In this document: piece by piece, positions 37,240 to 50,156 of the stretch
Layout: each line of letters starts with the position of its first letter
Position numbering within the stretch: position 1 is the stretch's first letter
Origin: Dimargaris cristalligena
Lineage: Eukaryota
Length of the DNA stretch: 64,000 nucleotides
NCBI GenBank assembly: GCA_003614675.1
Contig: ML002212.1
Location: 1 to 64,000, forward strand
Direction: 5' to 3'
Position numbers and translations under genes: made by a program
Notes under the pieces: generated by a model
Databases searched by the model: none
What the model was told of the DNA's origin: nothing
Seen by the model: only the letters and a program-made list of their open reading frames with translations

Positions 37240-38617
37240 TTTATGACCAACTGGCCCAGAATCGGCTTGCCGTAATACCCTGCCTTCGTTTTGTGTTTTT
37301 TGCATTGTTGCACATATTTAATTGGGGTATAATTAAAGCACAGTATACATCGATTTGTATGGCCGAATGTCAGAATGATGATCCACACGGCCATCTTTTT
37401 CATCTTCGCTTTGCCCCACATGTCCATTCTAGCTCTCCCCTTAGCATGTCTGTTATCGTTCAATTTGATTTGTAGGGGCGCATACCTAGAATTGTTAGGG
37501 GCTTTAAATTTATCAGTTTGCGACTGGGCTGGGGAAAGGGTGTGGTGAGCTACTCCCTTGCTCCATATGTTTTGATTTATCTTTTTATCAGGTCTGGCCA
37601 GTAAAACAGTTCGGGCTAAATCCTCCCAGTTGAACTGTTTGATAGAAGCCAAGCGAATAACCCCCCGACCTTGGCCATCATAGCTTCAGCAATCCAACTG
37701 GGCCAATGGCTAAGTAACACTAATTCGGATCCCGCCCAATCAGCCCTGGCAAATGGTGTTTTGATTGAACAGTTTACTTTATAGTCAATCCTAGTGACAA
37801 GCGTAATGATGGCTAGATTGGCAAGCAGCTTGGTCATACACCGTTAAAAGGCGCGCGTCATATACTCGTACCTCATTTTTTCACTTTGGATTCTAGTACA
37901 GTGGGTGGGCCTTACATTCCCGCTCCTCCCTAGAGAGTGTGTGTGGTGGTGGGTAGTAGTGCCTTTTCAACCAAAATGATAGACATTGTCGGGCCGATCA
38001 TTGACTGTTTACTGTGGGAGACGAGGTAGGGTGGTGGATAATACATGTACACGCGTGTGTCCATTGCCCATGGCCATATCAATCCATTATTTCACTCAAC
38101 ACTATTTCCATTCGAAGACTGACCATGGTCTGTTCACTTGTTAAATCCAACCGTGATTAACCCCCCAAGTCAAAAGTATAGTGTGGTTTATTGATTAGGA
38201 AGTGCCAGTTAGCCGAAGGGAGTATATAGCCGGGGCTGGAGAGCGGATACTGTGGAGGGTTAACGACTCTCTCTCCCATTCTACTCCCAGCCAGTAACTA
38301 TTAGTAACAATTGTAATTAGGATCAGGGTTGGGTTGGGTTGGGTGAACAGTATAGCACACCCCATCTTTCTAAAAAGCAATTCAATGTTTGAAATTTGGA
38401 ATTAGGTACGAAGGGGAAGAGTACCACAGGATCTTTCCCAGGGCTAAAATTCGGGTAAGAATTCGAGTTCAACCGGGACAGGCTTAAGGTTGGGTTGGTG
38501 AAAGAACAAATGGTATGGGGGCAGGGTGCCTGGATGAGAGTCATCATCCAACCACTGTCGAACCCACCCTCCCGTTTCCGCCTCCTTCATTCCAGAAAGA
38601 AGAGTTGACAAATACGT

Positions 38618-39463
38618 TTACCAGCAGGGACCGTTGATACAGCCGGAACCGCAGTAAACCGAAGTGGTACCACAGAAGCCCCAAGCACTACAGCACCCGT
38701 TGTTCAGACAAGGGACCTGGGCGTTACAGGAACCGGCGGGTAAAGTGCTGGAGGGCTGCGCGCTGGTAGCAGTAGTGGTAGTCTTGGTAGTAGAAACTGG
38801 CGTGGTGGTTTTGGTGGTAGAAGTCGTGGTGGTCTTGGTAGTAGAAGTCGTGGTGGTCTTGGTAGTAGAAGTCGTGGTGCTGGAGGTAGTAGAAGTCGTG
38901 GTGGTGGAGGTAGGTGTGGCGGAAGTAGCGGGAGCCGTGGCCGTTCCGGGGGAGAGGGTGAAAGTGCCGCACGCTCCGCTCTGGCAACCCTGACCGCAGT
39001 GGTCGTTGGAAGTACCGCAGAACCCGAACTGACTACAGCAACCGTTGTTGGCGCAGGGGGTGGAAGGACCGCACTGTTCCTGGATACCGATGGCTAGGGT
39101 GGTGCAAGGGCCATTACGGCACCCAGCGCCACAGTAGTGGGCGTCGGTCCCGCAGTAGCCCCACCGACTGCAGCATTGGGTCGCGGTGGCGCACTTGCTA
39201 AACGCGTTACAGGTACCGGCGGGTGGGGTGATGCACGCCCCGCCCTGGCAACCGGTCCCGCAGAAATCCGAAGTGGTCCCGCAGTAGCCGTACTTGCTAC
39301 AGCATTTACCAGCGGGGCAGGCCACCGTGGCCCCGCACATAATGTCGGCGGAGGCGGATTGGATCAGAAGCGTAGAGAAGAGAAAGGCGGTGAGGCAGGC
39401 CGCGTAGAAGAAGGACCGGCGGCTGCTGGAAGCGCCGGAGGCGAAGGGGCAAGAGAACATCAT
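38618..39463 (-). CDS. Secreted chitin-binding protein with 4 hevein/CBM18 domains and a Thr-rich linker
   Basis: Signal peptide, then four 8-Cys CCSx[YWF]G[YF]CG modules. No catalytic domain. Confidence 0.92.
   Translation of the reverse strand: MMFSCPFASGASSSRRSFFYAACLTAFLFSTLLIQSASADIMCGATVACPAGKCCSKYGYCGTTSDFCGTGCQGGACITPPAGTCNAFSKCATATQCCSRWGYCGTDAHYCGAGCRNGPCTTLAIGIQEQCGPSTPCANNGCCSQFGFCGTSNDHCGQGCQSGACGTFTLSPGTATAPATSATPTSTTTTSTTSSTTTSTTKTTTTSTTKTTTTSTTKTTTPVSTTKTTTTATSAQPSSTLPAGSCNAQVPCLNNGCCSAWGFCGTTSVYCGSGCINGPCW
38775..38910 (-). repeat. Coding tandem repeat (~24-nt unit, TTTSTTKT) in the lectin linker
   Basis: Repeated GTAGAAGTCGTGGTGGTCTTGGTA on the plus strand. Confidence 0.8.
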
Positions 39464-42400
39464 TTTCCGAGTGGGTGGGCGTGTATGTGCGTTTGGGGAG
39501 TAGGTATTAATGAGTGAATGAAATGGTAATTAATATTAAAGATAGGCGGTCCAAGGTGGGATCGAAAGAAAGTTGTGCGTAAAATTAGAGGTTGGGGCTG
39601 TGGCGGGAGTAAACCGAACGTTGTATTAATGAAATTGAGTTAAGCAAACAGAGGGTCCTCACACTTAAATCAGGGATGTCGGGCAACCGTAGCCGCGGCC
39701 ACATTCCGGTTTATATATAGGTTACCTAGTCGATCCGCTTGCTCCTCCGCTTTATGAGTATTCTGCCGTTATCGCTTCCCTTCCCTGACCTGCATTGCCA
39801 GGTGCCATTCCCATTATTGGGGGGGGGTTTATTATCTTACATTAGCAGGGCTGATTCTCCCCTTCGAAACATACACCTAATAGAGCAGGGGGGGATCCCA
39901 TCTCTCCCGCATAGCTCCCACTCCATTCTACCTAATTTCTCAAGAGCAGCTCTCTATTATGTGAATCGCTGCTGCCACTGTGTGGACATCCTTTCGTACC
40001 CAGTTGGCAGAGGACTAGCGAATTTAAGGAACTGACTGAATCATGCTAATCAAACCACGCGGCGTGGCCTCCCTCCATACTCATCCTTCCCCTCTATCCA
40101 CTTTCCTATTCTAACGCCAATCCTGGTGTGTATCCCCCATACCTCTTTTGGACCAGGCTCGGCAAACATGCTTGGATATATGACCCTGGTAGTTTCAAAA
40201 TGAAATAAAATCAAACTCAATCCTACTTGCTGCTCTCATTTATTATTTTGTTGCACGCTGTCAGCTCACAGTCCATGGCCCCCACTCGTATTCTCACCAT
40301 TCATACTAAGTATCCCTAATTAGGAAGGGTAACCTTTGTACATCATCAACTAATCAAACAGTGTAGGAATATAATCTATTCACAGTTATTTTGGCCATCA
40401 TTTCGCAGTATATCCCTGCTCACCAGTCGTCGCTTCCGTTTAAACCACAATACTCCTCCACCACCACCAACACTAAACAGTCCCTTACTTGTGCTCTCTC
40501 CCGCTATAAATTTAGTATCCCTGCTCGGCTTTCAGAAGCCCCTCTCAGCATTGCGTACAGTACGTTATTTCCCACCCTACTTACCACCCCCCTCCAACCA
40601 AGTACAACATTAGCTAAATGTAATTAACCAACACCTACTTTCAGTAGGATTATCGCAATTTATATTGAGAGGGGTCAATCCCTCTTTTTTATTTATATAT
40701 ACTCACTTACCTGCCGTAGAAATACTACATAGCTAACAGCCGCTCCCATTTACAGACCTCCCCATGCATTTAAGCCACGGAGTAATGTACTTCCGGTGGT
40801 TATGCTGAAATATTAGTGCGGAATATTGTTTAAAATAATGGTAAATGGAGACGTGTGACTGGGGTACGTGGTATTATAGTCCTGGGCAAATCCTCTTGCT
40901 TAAGGCCGGCGGCCCGCTTTTATGCACCACGGTCAAATAACCGTATAATGCAAATGTTTTAAGATGCACACTATAAGTGGGGGTGGGCGACGACATAACG
41001 ACTGGGTAAGAGCGGGAATCCATCGAAGTGATGGTGACACTGAGCTCGATTACCACAAAAGGACTGGGGGTGTATCGTTACGAAACCTCGTGGTACTAGG
41101 GTTAATTTATAGGGAGTTGGGCTTGGATGTGTGTGTGTATGAAAGAGTTTGTGGCCATGCAAGTGGATAATTTACTATGGTGTGATTGTCATCATTTAGC
41201 CAGTTACCTACCAACCACCGTGGCTCTGCCACGTATAGCTACTGATCGACACGGTGTATCTTTTAGGGATAGCCAAAGAGCCGACTCTTGAATTCAGTGG
41301 GCCTTCTATAGAAAAATTCACCGTGAGGAAATTTCAATCGAATTCCAACTCTAATTCAGACGGAACCTGAGTATGAAATGATAGTAGTTGGAGGTAAATC
41401 TTGGCAATAGGCGAAATAAAACCAGCTTACGGATGGGAAAAGCGACCAGCCCGCTTGGCCCTTGGATTTTTTTGGCGTACCTTTTTCTAGTGTTGCTTAC
41501 TTTTATACTAGAGAACGTGTACCAGACTCACCTCAATTTAGTCTACCCCCATCTCAAATACCCATTAGTAAGTTTTAAGTGATGCAAAAGTGGCCGCATG
41601 CTTAATAGCCATAATGTAATGTATGACGCTGGTAGCCAGTATACAAGGTTGGCGATCAGTTGGCTCATTTAAGAATATCAAAACGATACCAATGGCTGCC
41701 TGGTGCTATAACACTTGCCTAGTTGGTCGTTTTAGAATCATTGCTAATATTCTGCCGGTACGGAACACAGTGTAAATAGCGATGCTGCCAAATAGCTGCC
41801 GGGCTGAACGTTCCAAATCCGGGTCTGAGTCTAAGCAGCACTGGCCAAGTCCGGGCCCATCTTATTTTTTGCGGATAAGGGAAAAAGACTCTGGCAATTT
41901 GGTTGAAGTTGGCCCCAATTCTTTCGAAAATCAGAACCATAGGCGGAGGACATTGTGCTAAGATTAGTATACTGTTGTGCCACCCGGGTTCCTCGACACA
42001 CAGATATGTAGCTCTCTTGCACATACCAGTAAACCTATTTCCAAGTAGATCAATCAGGGCCAGTGGGGCGAAACTGATTATTGGCGATAATTTAATTTAC
42101 GCGGTAGTCTCTGGGTCATGATCACCACAAAATTCCAACTCGAACTTGTTTCCCTCCTGTCTGTCCGGGTAGGGGCTTGTATTTTCTGAGCGACCGGTAT
42201 GAATATTTAACTGTTATGATGGGTAAAGGTGTCACTGCCAGTTCTAGGATGTGTAATTCGCTTATTTGTCCTGAATGAAGCTGCAGTAATTTTGTTGACA
42301 TTGGACAGTTGTTTGATCAATTACAGCTTTACATCTATGGATATAGTCTGGTTATGAATTAATATCAGCCTTTTGCCTCTCGAGCATGTAGACTCCATCA

Positions 42401-43455
42401 AAACCACGTTCTATGTAAACCTTTTTGGGACTCTTTTAATTGTCCATTTACCATGCGATTTGGGACAGGCTGTGGCCTAGTTATCTGCTCAGTCGGGCAT
42501 GCCTGGGTAAACAAAGTGGCCGAGTTGTTTTTAATGGGCGGGTGGTTTGTTGTCTCATTTTATAGTGGAACTCGCATCAATGAATTGAGTTGAGTTGAGT
42601 TGACGGGGGGGGGGATTTCCCAATTAGGATAATAGAGAATATACGTAATGCACATTTCTGTACATGGGGGTGATCCAATGGGAATATATATATTCGTGGT
42701 ATTCCATATTCACCCGAATGAGGAAGGTGTTCCAAACTTCTTTCTCACCCATTCCCCCCACCTGCCAGTAACCCCCCTTCCCGGCGCATGACTTGCCAAT
42801 GTCCAAGGTCACCAGGGCCAAGTGACCAATTGCCAATACTAGCAGGGTAGCAGAATATACAAATAGGGAAGCCAACCGACAAGTTGGACATCCCAAGGTA
42901 AAAACATATATACCCAGGCCTTACCGAGAATGTCACTCAGGTGATGAGTGGCTCTTGTAAGACATGGGTGGGTAATTCATTCCACAGAATTCTCCGAAAA
43001 AGGGGAAATGGACCAATATCGACTCTTTTCCCGCAGATTATAATGCTAGCCTCCTAATCCCATCCTTTTTAATATGCGCTGGCCTTGGCTGACTCCACCC
43101 ACTTAGTGGCTGCTGAAGACAATCAACGCCCTTATTGGTAAAATGAGTTTCAACTTTATTTTGGTTGTAACTATAATCTGGAAGAGGTGGAGGTGGGGAC
43201 AGAAGTAAAAAAACTATGTATAGGATATAATGTAATGGGCATCGTAATTATAAATTTGCAAAGGAATTTAATGCCTCACAAATCATGGTACGGAGAGGGG
43301 GGTGGACATGGTCCGTTTAGGGAGGGAAATCTAGGCGATGGAAGCAACACACGCCCAAATCCCGCAAACGAGCAAAGGGTTAGAGAGATTAAAATAAGTA
43401 TAACGAAGTGGAGAGTGTGAGGATATTGAGACCACACGATTACGAAAAAAAAAAA

Positions 43456-44895
43456 TTACTCGCAGGGACCGTTCTGGCAGCCGGCACCGCAGAATTCTAC
43501 GGAGTAACCGCACCAGCCGTTCTTGCTACAGCAGGCACCGTACATGCACTTATTGTTAGCATCACAAGCACCCACGGGCAGAGGAGTGGGGGAAGGAATG
43601 GGGGTGGTGTTGGTATCGGTGACTACTTCAGTCTCGGAGGCAATCTGGGTGGTATTGGCGATGGGGCTGGTGGGGACGACGGCGGAAGTAGTGATCGGGG
43701 AGGTAGGGACGGGAGAGGTATTGTTGTCGCTGGGCTTGCCGGTACAGGCACCGTGCTGGCAACCGGCTCCGCAGTGGAGGTCAGAGACACCGCAGAAACC
43801 AAAGGCGGAACAGCAGGCGTTGTTGGCACAGGGGTGAGTAGCATCGCAAGCACCGTCGGGCAGGGGGTTACCAGTGGGCTGGGGGTTGCCAGTGTTGGTA
43901 TTGGTGTTAGTATTAGTGTCGGTCACGGACACGGTGTTGGTATTGGTGTTGGTGGGGGACTGGGTCTGGGAAACGGTCGCGGTGGTGTTCTTACCAACGC
44001 AAGCACCGTGCTGGCAACCGGCTCCGCAGTGGAGGTCGGAGACACCGCAGAAACCAAAGGCGGAACAGCAAGCGTTGTTGGCGCAAGCGTGGGTGGCATC
44101 ACAGGCACCATCGGGCAGGGGGCTGCCAGTGGGCTGAGGGTTGCCGGGGTTAGTGTTAGTGTTGGTAACGGTCACGGTGTTGGTGTTGGTGGGAGACTGG
44201 GTTTGGGTTTGAGAGACGGTAGCAGTGGTGTTCTTACCAACACAGGCACCGTGTTGGCAACCGGCACCGCAGTGAAGGTCGGAGACACCGCAGAAGCCGA
44301 AAGCGGAACAGCAGGCGTTGTTGGCACAGGCATGGGTAGCATCGCAAGCACCGTCGGGCAGGGGACCGCCGGTAGGTTGAGGGTTACCGGGGTTGGTATT
44401 CGTGGCAGTCGCGGTGTTGGTCTTGGTGTTCGTGTTGGGGGCACCGACACAGGGCCCGCTCAAACAGCCGGTCCCGCAGTATTCGGTGGTGGAACCACAG
44501 TAACCGTGTTGACTACAGCACATGTTATCAGCGCACAGCTTGGTCGCCGAGCACTGGCCGGTGGGGTTACCGCCGGAACCCTGGCAAGGCCCGCTCTGGC
44601 AGCCGGTACCGCAGTAATCGGCATCGTTACCACAGTAGCCCCAGCGACTACAGCACTGGTTACCGGGACAAGGCGTGGCGGCGTTACAGGTACCGCCGGA
44701 ACCGGGAGTGGTGCCGGTGCAGGAACCACCCTGGCAACCGGAACCACAGAAATCGGCACCGGTACCACAGTAGCCCCACTTACTACAGCACAGACCGGCG
44801 GCGCAGGGCACGGAGGCACTGCACTGGCCTTGGGCGAGGACGACGCCGGAGAAACCCAGGACGATGGTAAGGGCGGCGATACTCTTCATCAACAT
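43456..44895 (-). CDS. Secreted chitin-binding protein with 7 hevein/CBM18 domains
   Basis: Signal peptide MLMKSIAALTIVLGFSGVVLA, seven 8-Cys hevein modules and T/N-rich linkers. No catalytic domain. Confidence 0.93.
   Translation of the reverse strand: MLMKSIAALTIVLGFSGVVLAQGQCSASVPCAAGLCCSKWGYCGTGADFCGSGCQGGSCTGTTPGSGGTCNAATPCPGNQCCSRWGYCGNDADYCGTGCQSGPCQGSGGNPTGQCSATKLCADNMCCSQHGYCGSTTEYCGTGCLSGPCVGAPNTNTKTNTATATNTNPGNPQPTGGPLPDGACDATHACANNACCSAFGFCGVSDLHCGAGCQHGACVGKNTTATVSQTQTQSPTNTNTVTVTNTNTNPGNPQPTGSPLPDGACDATHACANNACCSAFGFCGVSDLHCGAGCQHGACVGKNTTATVSQTQSPTNTNTNTVSVTDTNTNTNTNTGNPQPTGNPLPDGACDATHPCANNACCSAFGFCGVSDLHCGAGCQHGACTGKPSDNNTSPVPTSPITTSAVVPTSPIANTTQIASETEVVTDTNTTPIPSPTPLPVGACDANNKCMYGACCSKNGWCGYSVEFCGAGCQNGPCE
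43735..44445 (-). repeat. Internal triplication (~245-255 nt unit) encoding CBM18 domains 4-6 plus linkers
   Basis: Three near-identical copies of GNPQPTG.PLPDGACDATH.CANNACCSAFGFCGVSDLHCGAGCQHGAC. Confidence 0.9.
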
Positions 44896-46334
44896 GGCGA
44901 ATGAACGGGATATGCTCGATGAAAGATACTGGAGGGAAATGTGAGATTAAAAGAGGAGGAAGAGGCGATGGCTTCTACCTTAATAAAAATAATGACCGAG
45001 CGTGGACACGTACCCCAAGTGAAGTAATAGGGGGGTTAGATAAAAAGGGAGAAAATCCAGGTGGATACGGAGGGGAGGAGAGTACACAAAGCAGACTAAG
45101 TCAGTAGCCAAGGCCGGGAGATGATGGAGTATATATAAGGACGCGAATCCAAAAAGTGGAAATGAATGGGTAGTGTTGGCGTCCTTTAGGCGGCTGGACC
45201 AGGGTATTATATAGAAGTTGCCTGATGGTGGAGGAGATGATGGAAAAAGGGAAGGCGGACGACAGTGAGGGGAATGATGCGCCGGTGGTGGTGCTGAGTA
45301 GGGGGGATGATCCGCTACGTAGCTAGCTACTCCACCCGGTCAGAGGGGAACGGCGATCCCGCCTAACTCCCCTCTCTCTCCACCTCTAACTCTCCCAGCC
45401 TGTCTGTATCATTATTGGCAACCGTGTCCATCCCCGAATTCCTCCCCAGGTGTCCACTGCCTCACCCCTTTTATCCGCTAGCCCTATCTGCCTTATACTT
45501 CATTGGATTTTATTCGCCTAGCCGCATGCCTCTCAGATATACGCTCCAAGCGATCTCACTCTAAGTCGCTCAGTCGAGTCCGGTATTAACGGGCAGAACC
45601 TAACGCCTCCCCAGTGCGAGATGAAGGGCAATCATCCCATCTTTCCTTTCCATTGCCAGGCACTGAGGAGCCGCCACCAACTATGGAATCGTCGGCTGTT
45701 TTTGTTTACCCTGCCGCTCAATGAGGGAGTAGGTTCAGTCAACTAGGGGGGGCTGACAAGCCTGCCGAGCGCACTCTCTCCTCCAGCCTGGACCAGTCTG
45801 TGGCTACTGTCTTGAGACTGCCGCGTAACCCTGAGTCCCGGAAGAGGAGTTTCCCTTCATATATATATATTCGTTGGCAGCCGGCCGGACCCCTACACCT
45901 CCTTATTCCTTGGTGTATTCAGCTCATAAATTAAACGCGGTGTGACGCAGTAGTGTAAATTAAAAGCGGGGTGCCACATTGGGGCTAGTCATTTTTAGGT
46001 TGGTAGTAGTGAGTGATTAAGGGGGTCGGGTTGGATCAAAAAATACCCAGGAGCGAAGAAGCATGGGATAGCTATGCGAGGGGGATACTGACGTGGGGAT
46101 GAGGGAGATTTTTCTGCTATTCTCCCCTTGGACCTGATGGGCCATGTCCATCAGTCACTACGGCTCACACCTTCCGGCAGCTGCTTCTTTTACCGGTCTA
46201 ATTATAGCCAAAATCAAAATAAATAAGTAGATATTCCATTGCCACCCTTCACACTTGCTCTGGGGATAAATGGCCAACAAGCCGTAAATGGGATTAACTA
46301 AACAGCGGGTAGTGCGAGGGATTTGGGCTGGGAG

Positions 46335-46359
46335 TAGAGTAGAGTAGAGTAGAGTAGAG
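46335..46359. repeat. (TAGAG)5 pentanucleotide repeat
   Basis: Read directly. Confidence 0.9.
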
Positions 46360-49150
46360 TGAAAACACCGCCACTACTCCTCGGCTGGCTGTTTGATTCT
46401 AGTCTATTAATAATTCCCGGTTATCCCTTTCCCCATTGCTTCGTCTGGCTGTATCCAATACCAGTGCCTGGAAGGGCCGTCCGCTTGATATCTCTTTCCC
46501 TTTCCCCCCGTATAAATCCCCGGCCTACCTTGTCAAGTGGATGTTCGTGGCCATCCTGCCCCACCTGGCCTTAAGACCACCCCGCCAATCCATTGGGCCT
46601 GTTTCAAACAGCGTCTCTTATACCTCTACTCTACTCTACAGAATAAAACATATATAAATGGAAACGGAAACGGTCCAGTCTTCGTTTCCCACACCGCCAT
46701 TCCCAACCACACGCCGACTCAGATGGCCACGACCTAATAATAGATGGACCAGGGTGTGGTGGTGGTATATGGTATAGAATGAAGCTAAGTCGTTGGTTCG
46801 CAAAGGGGCTGCTGCTCCGTTAAGCCCCTGTGTCCCGTGCTCTTTGCTCGCCCACCCCTCAATTACTTACACACCTAAAAATCGATTCTCAGCCGGGCAG
46901 TAGTTTAACCCCTGGCAACCCGCTCCCCGCAAATAGACGATAAAAATACCCAATTCCGTTTTAGCCAAAAGGCTTTTTGTGGCAGTTTTAATAAAAGATT
47001 CGGTCTAATCTATGTGAGGTGACATCACTTTGGCGGCCCCACAGCATTCCCTTGCGGCCATTGGATGTGCGGTTGCCATCGACCTGTCTCATTGGTAAAA
47101 ACACCCGTCACAAGCGGGCTTGAAACCCTTCCCCCCCCCCTTGTGCCCGTCGTTCCTATCACCCAAGCCCTGCCATCATCGGCGGATGATGACTATTAAG
47201 CGGCGCCGTGAACGGGGCCTCCAATGATTCCTAGCCCCCCGTCGTTGATTCGACGCGTCTAGAGCGCTGTGCTATTTTTAGATTTCGGAGAGTGTGGCCA
47301 CATGACCTCTCTACAGTGTGCTTACTAGTTAGCGATAGCCTTTAATCCCCTCTCTTATTTACTACCTGTAATTTCTAGTTGTCCATTTCCACATACTGTA
47401 CGATACAGTGCCTTTTACTTCATAGCTTAAGGTCACTCTATATTTATCCCCGGCTTTGCAGTTTGTAGGTTTTATTCGTCATTTTTTCATTATTTTTTTT
47501 AAAAAATTACACAACATATACACCATTCATGGCAGCCCCTACGCTAGTCGGCATATGCCAAGTTATTAAAAGACGGGGGTCCTATTTCTCCCGCTGAATC
47601 CATGTGGTAGTTTCTATTAGTATTTTCGTGATGGTGCTTTTCCATGGTCAAGTGAGACAGTGGGCTTCCCTTTAGCAGCTACATTGAGTGTTTTTAAACA
47701 ATCGATAGTGCTAATATTTGGACTACTAGTATAATCCAGTAGTATTAGTGCAGCTAGGCGAAGCAAACATGCAATGTGATATTGGTCATGCCAAAAAAAA
47801 AAAAGGTGATCAAGCCATCTATGATATCCCCTCCCCCACACCTTACTCGTTGCGGAGAGTCTGCTAATCCGCCCGATATGCAAACTGGTCCAGGAAACCT
47901 TGTAAAGAAAACAGGGCTGAAAGGACTGGTGGTTCACCTCCGCCGACTCTTCCGCTTTGTGCCTTCCGCTTTACCGCTCACTCAACCCAATGTCCAATCC
48001 CTATTATGGGTTCCGATTTTTTAATCCAAAATTCCAAATTTGAGTAAAGTCTCTCTTCCCTTCATATTTCCCCCCGCTATTGTTGAAAGGGTCACTGTTG
48101 GAATTGGGCTAAGTATAGAAGGCTAGCAATCCCCCCTCGTATAACCGCGTATTGGTCGAATCCGGCATGCGTCGTCCCTATTGGCTGATGAACCCAATAA
48201 CAGGGGGGCTGACTGGGCTTGGGTGAGACCTGCCATTCCCTCATCTACCTTACCAGCCAACCCTTCTATTTGGCTATTACATGTGTCGCACCAGTACTAC
48301 GGGTGTTTTGTAGCCCCGGCCGCAGCCAGGTGTGCCGACTGGATGTTGAAACCCGCTTATTGTTAAAGTGCCCGGGTTGATTATATATAGATTACATGTA
48401 ACTCCAATAGAAAAAAGGGAAGCACCATGAACAATATACGACACGTCATTGTCCGTGTATACAGCTACCCTTTCCATTTAGTATAGTTTTATTGAACATT
48501 AATAACCTCGGGTCTCTGATACAAATATTAATGGTTTGACGTAATAATCGGTAGGTTCCCCTCATGGGCCTTACGTTAAAGCAGGTTACGCCAATTTTCG
48601 ATTCTTTCACCCCTGAGTCGTTATTCCGTCATCTCAACTGACACCTGCGCTAAACTGCCCCGTCTCCAGAAAGGTCCCCGCGATTCGGGTGGATGTAAAT
48701 GACGAGCCTTTTTCATTGAGCTTAATCCTTCAAACACCTTGGTTCTTTATCAATTTACCCCTATCACATGGCCCACCCGGAATAACTATTAGGGGGTACG
48801 CCTACGTCGGGGAAGGGGGCGTAATGTTGGATAGTAAAAAGTGACCCTGCCTTATGAAGGTTCGGTGTTGGCAAAGCGAGAGGGATAGGGATAGATTGGG
48901 TGCTATATATAGCTTCTCATTATACTCAGTAATGTCTATCCTTGGGGGTGACCAATACGGCAATATGGTGTTCAAAGCGATGGTCCGTCGCTTCCCTAAT
49001 CCACTGTATTAGGCCTCGGAGTTGTAAATAATATTGATGGATGTGTCCTAAAGTTGGATCGGCGCACTATATTCAAATCACTATCAGTGTGAAGGAGGCG
49101 AAATGGAAATGCGAAGCATATACCTTTAAAGGTAGAAGATGGTCAAATTA

Positions 49151-49294
49151 ATATGGGAGAGATTTAACCGAACTGTACAACGAAAAATCCGTTGGATGAA
49201 GTAAAAATTACTGGTTAAGAATAAATATCCCATATATTTTCCCATATATATATTATTTAAACCATTATACAGCTGGGCCGAATTTCACCCATAT
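49151..49294. mobile_element. MITE-like element, well-preserved copy
   Basis: ATATGGGAGAGATTTAACCGAACTGTA ... TACAGCTGGGCCGAATTTCACCCATAT. Confidence 0.82.
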
Positions 49295-50156
49295 GTAGTC
49301 CGTCATACTCTCCCTGAACATAGGCCTAATGCCAATCCGAGTCTATCGATTAGTTTGGCAATCAATGCTTCGCAAGCCGGTCGGTCTCATCGCCAGATCA
49401 TTTCATACAAAGGAGATGAGTAGTAAAAATCCCAATGTATTCCCTTGTCGTCGCCAATGCTACGAGTCCGTAAGCCCCGGCCATTATTAAATCTTGACCA
49501 GCATCGACCAACCAGTAGGCCACCTTGCGATTTACCAACTCGCCCAAGACATACACAGTCACATTAAAAGAATCTGGATTCCGATAACCTATACTGTTTT
49601 TTTTCCTTCTTTATATCGTGGGGGGACTCGCTTAGGCCAACCCATGTGGCCATTAAACCATTGCTGAACTAACTAGTATGGTTGGGAAGCCGCGGATTTG
49701 GAGGCTTAAAACTTAAAGCCCACGGGGTATCCTTCCAATGTCGATTAAGTGGATTGTCATGGACTACCGCTTTCCGCTTCTCCAATCCACGGATACGTGG
49801 ACAAAAATGGGATCCATCACCCATTTATGAAAAGTAACTTCAAGGAGTCACTGAGTGACCGCCAAAGCTTGCGACAGTAGCACTGTCATTAATAGAGTGT
49901 GCGAAAACAAGTAGCTATTTATTAATTTGATACATTACGGTGGTGTATCATAGGACTAGGTGCTCAGGTAATATGTATACACCTGGTCAGAATGCGATAA
50001 TTCCGAAGAATAGGCGGATAAAGTAATACCCGTAGTTAGAGACAGACATGCTGCTACTAGGAGGATAATACTAATATAAAATTGTGTAGATGGCCCATCC
50101 GTATATAACTATACAAATCGTTGAGGTGGGGAGGGAGGGGGGGAGGGTTTGGGAGC

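Noticed and set aside
43408-44904. 498-aa plus-strand ORF exactly antisense to the 7x CBM18 gene
   Set aside because: Shadow ORF. The C-ending, Cys/Gly/Thr-rich codons on the coding strand rarely create antisense stops, and the translation is G/V/T low-complexity with no domain.
47400-47430. GCCTTTTAC matching U5 snRNA loop 1 (also at ~30805)
   Set aside because: No closing stem and no properly placed Sm site; the match is expected by chance.
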